Below the pieces are notes generated by a model. It saw nothing but the letters and a program-made list of their open reading frames with translations. It searched no databases and had not been told where the DNA came from. Position numbers and translations under genes: made by a program. From Chthoniobacterales bacterium (GTDB lineage: Bacteria > Verrucomicrobiota > Verrucomicrobiia > Chthoniobacterales > UBA10450): DNA of 64,000 nt. The DNA is taken from contig DASXEB010000016.1 of NCBI GenBank assembly GCA_036490335.1, positions 70,489-134,488 on the forward strand, written 5' to 3'. Shown in pieces: positions 58,219 to 64,000 of this stretch. Each line of letters opens with the position of its first letter. Position 1 is the stretch's first letter.

Positions 58219-60318
58219 ATGATCGCAACACGACCGTTACTGATTCTGCTCTCGTTAGGCTGCGGCCTCGGCACGCTTTGCGCCGATGAAGGGATGTGGC
58301 TTTTCAATAATCCGCCGACAAAACAGCTCGAGCAAAAATATCAGTTCGATCCCACGCCGCAATGGCTCGATCACCTTCAGAAATCGAGCGTCCGCTTCAA
58401 TAACGGCGGGAGCGGCTCGTTCATCTCGAGCGACGGCCTTGTCATCACGAATCATCACGTCGGCGCCGACACCCTGCAGAAGTTGAGCAGCTCCGAGCAC
58501 AACTATTTGCGCGAAGGTTTCTACGCCAAGACGCAAGCCGAAGAGCAGCGCGCGCTCGACCTCGAACTGAATCTTCTCGAGTCGACCGAGGATGTCACGC
58601 AGCGAGTCAATGCCGCGATCAAACCAAACATGGATCCGGCGGCGGCGCTCGCCGCGCGTCGTTCGGTCATCGCGCAAATCGAGAAGGAATCGAAAGACAA
58701 GACCGGTCTGCGCAGCAACGTCGTCACTCTCTATGAGGGTGGTTCCTACCAATTGTATCGTTACAAGCGATACACGGATGTTCGGCTTGTTTTCGCGCCT
58801 GAGCAGCAGGCGGCGTTTTACGGCGGCGACCCGGACAACTTCGAGTATCCGCGCTTCGATCTCGATATCTGTCTCTTTCGCGTTTACGAAAACGGCAAAC
58901 CGGCGCACATCGATAATTTTCTCAAATTTAATCCCGCCGGCGCGAAGGAAGGCGACCTGGTTTTCGTCAGCGGAAATCCCGGGCGCACCGATCGCGAGCT
59001 GACCACCTTCGAGCTCGCCGACGCACGTGACCGCGCGATTCCCCAGCGGCTCAATCTCCTCTTCCGCCGCGAAGTTGCTCTAACGAACTTTAGCGAGCGC
59101 TCCTTGGAAAACGCGCGCCGCGCTCGCGACGAACTCTTCGGGGTGCAGAACAGTCGCAAGGCGCTCAAGGGAATGCTCGCCGGTCTGCTCGATCCGGAAA
59201 TTTTCGGAAAGCTCCAAACCAACGAACAAAAGCTGCGCGCGGAAATGAAAGAACGCGGGGGCAAGGACGCGATTTCAAGGTCCGCTCTCAGCGCCTACGA
59301 TAAAATCAAGACTGCGCAGACGGCGATCATCAAGAACGCGCCGATGTATGACTACTATGAAGGCCGCGGCGAATTCGCGCGCGGATTTTTCAGCGATCTT
59401 TTCACCGACGCGCGCATCCTCGTGCGCAATGCCGAGGAAAAAACGAAACCGAACGGCGGGCGGCTGCCGGCTTATCGCGAAAGTTCGCGCGACTCGCTCG
59501 AGCTGAAACTTTTTTCCGCCGAGCCGATTTATGATGATCTCGAAGAGCTGGAGTTGACCGATTCGCTGACCGATCTGGCGACGCGCTTCGGCGCCGAGGA
59601 CGCGCTCGTGAAAAAAGTTCTCGCCGGCAAATCGCCGCACGATCGCGCGGTTGAATTAGTCACCGGGACGAAACTCAAGGACGTGGATTTTCGCAAGAAA
59701 CTTTACGCCGGCGACAGCGCCGCGCTCAAAGCGGCGAACGATCCGATGATCGAGCTCGCGATGTTGATCGACCCGACCGCGCGCGCCGCCCGCAAGGTTT
59801 TCGAGACGAACGACGAGACCAAACAACAGGCTTACGCGCAGATCGCGAAGGCCCGTTTCGCGATCGAAGGCGCGAACGATTATCCCGATGCGACCTTCAC
59901 TCTGCGCCTCGCCTACGGAACGGTGCGCGGCTATGAGGAAAATGGAAAACAGATTCCGGCGTTCACGAATTTCTCCGGCCTTTACCAGCGCTCGGCCGAG
60001 CATGACGATAAGCCGCCGTTCGACCTCCCAACGCGGTGGGTGCAACGTAAAGACTCACTCTCGTTAGGCACAAACTTCGACTTCGTTTGCGACGCCGACA
60101 TCATCGGCGGCAACAGCGGCAGCCCGGTCGTCAACCGAGAGGGCGAATTTGTCGGCATCATTTTTGACGGCAACATCCAGTCGCTCGTGCTCGATTATGT
60201 TTACGAGGACAAACAGGCGCGCGCCGTCTCGGTCGATTCCGCCGCCATCCTGACCGCGCTGCGCCAGGTTTATCAGGCCGACGCGCTCGCCGATGAAATC
60301 GAAGGGAAAACGCATTGA
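58219..60318 (+). CDS. S46-family dipeptidyl-peptidase
   Basis: Signal peptide, then DEGMWLF; ITNHHVG (His); IGGNSGSPVVN (Ser). Confidence 0.85.
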   Translation: MIATRPLLILLSLGCGLGTLCADEGMWLFNNPPTKQLEQKYQFDPTPQWLDHLQKSSVRFNNGGSGSFISSDGLVITNHHVGADTLQKLSSSEHNYLREGFYAKTQAEEQRALDLELNLLESTEDVTQRVNAAIKPNMDPAAALAARRSVIAQIEKESKDKTGLRSNVVTLYEGGSYQLYRYKRYTDVRLVFAPEQQAAFYGGDPDNFEYPRFDLDICLFRVYENGKPAHIDNFLKFNPAGAKEGDLVFVSGNPGRTDRELTTFELADARDRAIPQRLNLLFRREVALTNFSERSLENARRARDELFGVQNSRKALKGMLAGLLDPEIFGKLQTNEQKLRAEMKERGGKDAISRSALSAYDKIKTAQTAIIKNAPMYDYYEGRGEFARGFFSDLFTDARILVRNAEEKTKPNGGRLPAYRESSRDSLELKLFSAEPIYDDLEELELTDSLTDLATRFGAEDALVKKVLAGKSPHDRAVELVTGTKLKDVDFRKKLYAGDSAALKAANDPMIELAMLIDPTARAARKVFETNDETKQQAYAQIAKARFAIEGANDYPDATFTLRLAYGTVRGYEENGKQIPAFTNFSGLYQRSAEHDDKPPFDLPTRWVQRKDSLSLGTNFDFVCDADIIGGNSGSPVVNREGEFVGIIFDGNIQSLVLDYVYEDKQARAVSVDSAAILTALRQVYQADALADEIEGKTH

Positions 60319-60354
60319 CCACCGCGCGCGCCCGCGCCGAAGATTAGGCAGCGC

Positions 60355-60440
60355 GCCGATGTGGCGAAATGGCAGACGCAACGGACTTAAAATCCGTTGG
60401 GCTTTAACGGCCCGTGCCGGTTCGAGTCCGGCCATCGGCA
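60355..60440 (+). tRNA. tRNA-Leu (anticodon TAA), long variable arm
   Basis: GCCGATGTGGCGAAATGGCAGACGCAACGGACTTAAAATCCGTTGGGCTTTAACGGCCCGTGCCGGTTCGAGTCCGGCCATCGGCA. Acceptor stem GCCGATG/CATCGGC, anticodon loop CTTAAAA, T-arm GCCGGTTCGAGTCCGGC. Confidence 0.9.
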
Positions 60441-60470
60441 GACTTCCCTAACGATCGATTTGCCTAACGA

Positions 60471-60848
60471 ATGAAGGAGAACGAGCGCATGCGCCGGCTC
60501 GGGATCGAGCGTCGCGATCTCGAGGAAATTTTTACGCGCGCGAGCGGCCCCGGCGGTCAAAACGTCAACAAGGTGGCGACCGCAGTCACACTTCGGCACG
60601 GGCCGACCGGCATCAGTGTGACGGCGCAGGATTCGCGATCGCAATCGCAAAATCGGGCGCTCGCGCTCGAACGTTTGCTCGACGCGGTCGAGCGACGCGA
60701 AGAAACTGCGCGCGCGCGCAAACGCGCAACTGCGGCGAAGGAACGCCGTCGAAAATCTCCGCGCCCGCCGCGATTGAAGAGAAAAATTCTGGAGACAAAA
60801 CGAAAGCGATCGGAGTTGAAAAAACTTCGCGCAAAACCAGCCGACTGA
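60471..60848 (+). CDS. arfB: GGQ-motif peptidyl-tRNA hydrolase domain protein (ArfB/YaeJ-like ribosome rescue factor)
   Basis: [15 protein letters not shown] with a basic K/R-rich C-terminal tail. 125 aa. Confidence 0.75.
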   Translation: MKENERMRRLGIERRDLEEIFTRASGPGGQNVNKVATAVTLRHGPTGISVTAQDSRSQSQNRALALERLLDAVERREETARARKRATAAKERRRKSPRPPRLKRKILETKRKRSELKKLRAKPAD

Positions 60849-60858
60849 GTTATCCCTC

Positions 60859-61914
60859 GTGAACGACGAAGTTCGACTCGGCGTCATCGGCGCCGGCTGG
60901 CCGGGACAACAACACGCGAGGGCGATTTGCGCGATCGCAGGCGCGCGCTTGCAAGCGCTGGCCGAGTCTAACGAAACGCGAGTAGCGGAATTTCGCGCGC
61001 TCTTTCAGCCGGAACAAGTTTATTCCGACTACGAATCATTGTTAGGCGACGACAAGATCGACGGAGTCATCATTTGTTTGCCGAATCATCTGCATTTCCC
61101 GGCGGCACTCGCGGCTTTGCGCGCAGGCAAGCATGTGCTTTGCGAGAAGCCTCCGACACTGAATGGCGCCGAGATGCGCATTCTCCAGACAGAGGCGAAA
61201 CAACAAGGTCGGATTTATTTTTTCAGCCGACAATTTCGTTTCGCACCGGCGATGCGCCTCGCGCGCGAGATCGTGGCGCACGGCGAGCTCGGCAAAATTT
61301 ATTTTGCCGAAGCCGTCTGGGTGCGCTCGCGCGGAATCCCATCGGGCATTGGCGGCTGGTTCACGGAAAAAAAACGCTCGGGCGGCGGCGCGCTTATCGA
61401 CATCGGCATTCACGCGCTCGACTCGGCCTGGTATTTGATGGGAACGCCGCGGCCGATTTCGGTCACGGCCGCGGTCTTTCGCAATTTTCCGCAGCTCGTG
61501 ACGTCACCGGTCTTCGACGTCGAAGACGCGGCCTTCGCCTTCATCCGTTTTGAGAATGACGCGGTCGTCCAACTCAAGACATCGTGGGCCGGGAATCTCA
61601 CCGATGAAATTCCGCAGGGCCTGGTCTTCGGCCGCGAGCTGAATAACTGCACCGTTTATGGAAGTCGCGCGACGATCAGGTTGAAACCGTTGACGCTTTT
61701 TCGCGACGACGACGGCAAGCTCGTTGACCAGGAACTGATTCCCGCTACGACCGAAAATCCGTTCGAGCTACAGATGAGAAATTTCGTCGAGTCGATCCGT
61801 GGCAGCGCCGCGCCAGTCAACAGCGCGGAACAGGCGCTTTACCTGATGGAAATGCTCGACGCGATTTACGTTTCAAGCAGCAACGGCCGCGAAGTGCCGA
61901 TCGCGCGCGCCTGA
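60859..61914 (+). CDS. Gfo/Idh/MocA-family oxidoreductase
   Basis: VRLGVIGAGWPGQQHARA; HVLCEKP. GTG start. Confidence 0.8.
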   Translation: MNDEVRLGVIGAGWPGQQHARAICAIAGARLQALAESNETRVAEFRALFQPEQVYSDYESLLGDDKIDGVIICLPNHLHFPAALAALRAGKHVLCEKPPTLNGAEMRILQTEAKQQGRIYFFSRQFRFAPAMRLAREIVAHGELGKIYFAEAVWVRSRGIPSGIGGWFTEKKRSGGGALIDIGIHALDSAWYLMGTPRPISVTAAVFRNFPQLVTSPVFDVEDAAFAFIRFENDAVVQLKTSWAGNLTDEIPQGLVFGRELNNCTVYGSRATIRLKPLTLFRDDDGKLVDQELIPATTENPFELQMRNFVESIRGSAAPVNSAEQALYLMEMLDAIYVSSSNGREVPIARA

Positions 61915-61982
61915 AAAAAGTCGCCTTCGCATCCATCCACGGGGCGGATTTGTCGCGAATCGGCATTGTAGTATCCAACCAT

Positions 61983-62162
61983 ATGAAAAAGCTATCCTTG
62001 TTAGTTCTGGTGATCCCGCTTTGTGGAATGCTGCTTGCGTCCTGCACCACAGTGGTGAAAGAGCCGGCCGCGTCGACAACAACGACGACGACAGATTCCG
62101 CAGTCACGCGCACGCCGACTCAGACGAGCACGACCGTGACCCGGCAAAGTACCGGTAACTAG
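61983..62162 (+). CDS. Small Thr-rich lipoprotein
   Basis: MKKLSLLVLVIPLCGMLLASC contains a lipobox, followed by a T/S-rich tail. 59 aa. Confidence 0.45.
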   Translation: MKKLSLLVLVIPLCGMLLASCTTVVKEPAASTTTTTTDSAVTRTPTQTSTTVTRQSTGN

Positions 62163-62233
62163 TCCACTTAGACTCGTTAGGCAAAAAGGGAGGCCTGCGT
62201 TTTCCTTTCGCAGCGGATCGGGCTCGCGCGGCC

Positions 62234-64000
62234 TTAGACGGTCGCTTCTTCGGTCGCTTCGCTTTCCTGGCTGACGACCGGCGCAATCGCCTGGAGCTTT
62301 TCGCCGCTCTTCAGGTTCATCAGTTTTACGCCCATCGTGTTTCGGCCGACGGCGCGGATTTCCGCGACGCGGGTTCGAACCATCTGACCTTTGGTTGTGA
62401 TAAGCATGAGCTCATCCGCCTCAGTCACCGTCAGCGCGCCCACGACGCGACCAGTTTTATCGCCGGTCTTCATCGTGATGATGCCTTTGCCGCCGCGTTT
62501 CTGCCGTCGATAAGCGTCGAAAGCAGTGCGTTTCCCAATCCCGTTTTCGCCCGCGACAAGCAGCATGGAATCGTTATTCACGAGCGAGATCGCGACGATG
62601 TGATCGCCTTTGTCGGGACGAATCCCCCAAACGCCCACCGTGTTTCGCCCCTGATCGCGCAGCTGGTCTTCATGGAAACGCAGACTCATTCCCTCCCGCG
62701 TTATGAGCACGATCTCGTTATCGCCGTTTGTCAGCACCGCATCGATCAGACAATCGTCCTCCTCAATCTGGATCGCGATAATGCCGCCTTTGCGCACGTT
62801 GCCGAAACTGCCGAGGTTCGATTTCTTCACGATGCCCGACCGCGTCGCAAAGACGATGTGCTGATTTTCGTCCCATGTCTCATCGACCTGGTTTGCGCCG
62901 GTCCCACTGCTCTTCGATTGGATGCGAATGGTCGCGGCGATTTTCTCGCCCGCGCGCAACTCGAGCAGGTTGGCAATTGAACGCCCTTTCGAGGAGCGGC
63001 TCATCTCCGGTATCTCGTAGACTTTCTCGACATAAGTCCGGCCGGACTCGGTGAAAAACATCAGATAGTCATGAGTCGTGGCGGTAAAAAGATGCTGCAC
63101 GAAATCGCCTTCATCCTCCTGGGTCGCGCCCTCGCGCGTCGTCATGCCGATAACTCCCTTGCCCCCGCGCCGCTGCGCGCGAAAAGCACTCACCGCCGTC
63201 CGCTTGATAAAGCCGCCATGAGTTATACTGATGATGCAACCTTCATTCGCGATCAGATCTTCCATGTTGATCTCACCTTCGTCGGGAACGAGCTGAGTCA
63301 GTCGCGGGCCGGCGTATTTTTGTTGAATCTCACGCAGCTCCTTCTTGATGATCTCGAAAACGCGCACTTCCTTCGCGAGAATATCGCGCAAATCCTTTAT
63401 CGTATCGATTAGGGTCTTATATTCGTTAGTTATCTTGTCGCGCTCAAGACCGGTCAGTTGATAAAGGCGAAGATCGAGGATTTGATTGGCCTGATGTTCG
63501 CTAAAGGCATAGCGACCTTCCGTCAGTCGCGCTTCACTGCGAATAAGAACGCCAATCTGCTCGACTTGGCGGCGGGAAAACTCGAAGGCAAGTAACTTTA
63601 CGCGCGCTTCCTCGCGATTCGCGGAGCCGCGAATGATACGGATGAACTCATCGAGGTTAGCCAGAGCGATAAGATAACCTTCGAGAGTCTCAGCGCGTTC
63701 CTCGGCCTTGCGTAACTCGAAACGAGTGCGGCGAAGGACGACTTCGCGGCGGTGTTCGATAAACGCCTGGTTCGCTGCTTTAAGCGGCAATAGCTTCGGT
63801 TTGCCATGATCGATTGCGAGCATGTTGACCGCGAACGATGACTCCATCGCGGTATGCTTGTAGAGATTGTTGATGACAACCTTGGGCAGTGCGTCCCTCT
63901 TCAACTCGATAACTACTCGCGTGTTCTCATCCGACTCATCTCGGATCGCGGTGATGTCACTTAGGACCTTCTCATTGACTAATTCGGCGATGCGCTCGAC
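62234..64000 (-). CDS. gyrA: DNA gyrase subunit A, C-terminal two-thirds (continues past the right edge)
   Basis: VVINNLYKHTAMESSFAVNMLAI, coiled-coil tower, and repeated beta-pinwheel blades (GGKG motifs). The frame is open to position 64000. Confidence 0.95.
   Translation of the reverse strand, partial: VERIAELVNEKVLSDITAIRDESDENTRVVIELKRDALPKVVINNLYKHTAMESSFAVNMLAIDHGKPKLLPLKAANQAFIEHRREVVLRRTRFELRKAEERAETLEGYLIALANLDEFIRIIRGSANREEARVKLLAFEFSRRQVEQIGVLIRSEARLTEGRYAFSEHQANQILDLRLYQLTGLERDKITNEYKTLIDTIKDLRDILAKEVRVFEIIKKELREIQQKYAGPRLTQLVPDEGEINMEDLIANEGCIISITHGGFIKRTAVSAFRAQRRGGKGVIGMTTREGATQEDEGDFVQHLFTATTHDYLMFFTESGRTYVEKVYEIPEMSRSSKGRSIANLLELRAGEKIAATIRIQSKSSGTGANQVDETWDENQHIVFATRSGIVKKSNLGSFGNVRKGGIIAIQIEEDDCLIDAVLTNGDNEIVLITREGMSLRFHEDQLRDQGRNTVGVWGIRPDKGDHIVAISLVNNDSMLLVAGENGIGKRTAFDAYRRQKRGGKGIITMKTGDKTGRVVGALTVTEADELMLITTKGQMVRTRVAEIRAVGRNTMGVKLMNLKSGEKLQAIAPVVSQESEATEEATV

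Noticed and set aside
60064-60435. 123-aa minus-strand ORF beginning MAGLEPARAV...
   Set aside because: This is the classic spurious ORF produced by translating the reverse complement of a tRNA (tRNA-Leu at 60355-60440), and it overlaps the S46 peptidase 3' end.

Overview
GC-rich (about 60%+ by eye) bacterial chromosomal window, densely coding. No rRNA, CRISPR array, transposase or integrase was recognisable. The phylum cannot be established from sequence alone. All calls come from reading the six-frame translations and the DNA by eye; no BLAST or HMM searches were run. Coordinates were anchored on the ORF track, but the motif counts are hand counts.

Core content:
- Housekeeping: SEDS fragment, secG, two tRNA-Leu, floA, rpmB, acpP, nth, hflX, miaA, mgtE, amt, katE/oxyR, ku, S46 peptidase, arfB-like, gyrA fragment.
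- A long minus-strand lysine/fatty-acid catabolic operon: fadB-like, acyl-CoA dehydrogenase, lat, ALDH7-type dehydrogenase, possible HglS-like protein, thiolase.
- A CHASE3 kinase / receiver / hybrid kinase triad.
- A translationally coupled cluster of two GNAT genes plus a small-transporter pair.

Main findings:
1. The non-palindromic word TCGTTAGGC (often ACTCGTTAGGC, with an ~18-nt intergenic form GCCTAACGAGYAAARGAC) occurs about 75 times where 2-3 are expected. It is found in both orientations, in all reading frames, in intergenic DNA, and as inverted pairs and stop codons at gene ends. This is the signature of a DNA-uptake-signal-like genome word.
2. That word is completely absent from an 11.9 kb block (7183-19065), which marks the block as acquired DNA.
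3. The block contains a KamA-type aminomutase / CoA-transferase / class-III aminotransferase module. This module is interrupted by an inverted-repeat-flanked four-helix-bundle (23S IVS protein family) cassette.
4. The block also contains a Dcm / MORC-like GHKL ATPase / Vsr module with no recognisable nuclease.
5. The block ends with a 1.9 kb AT-richer cargo bracketed by a ~114-bp, ~94% identical duplication of the thiolase 3' end, which looks att-like.

Two neighbouring genes (PEP-mutase family and pepE) are frameshifted.
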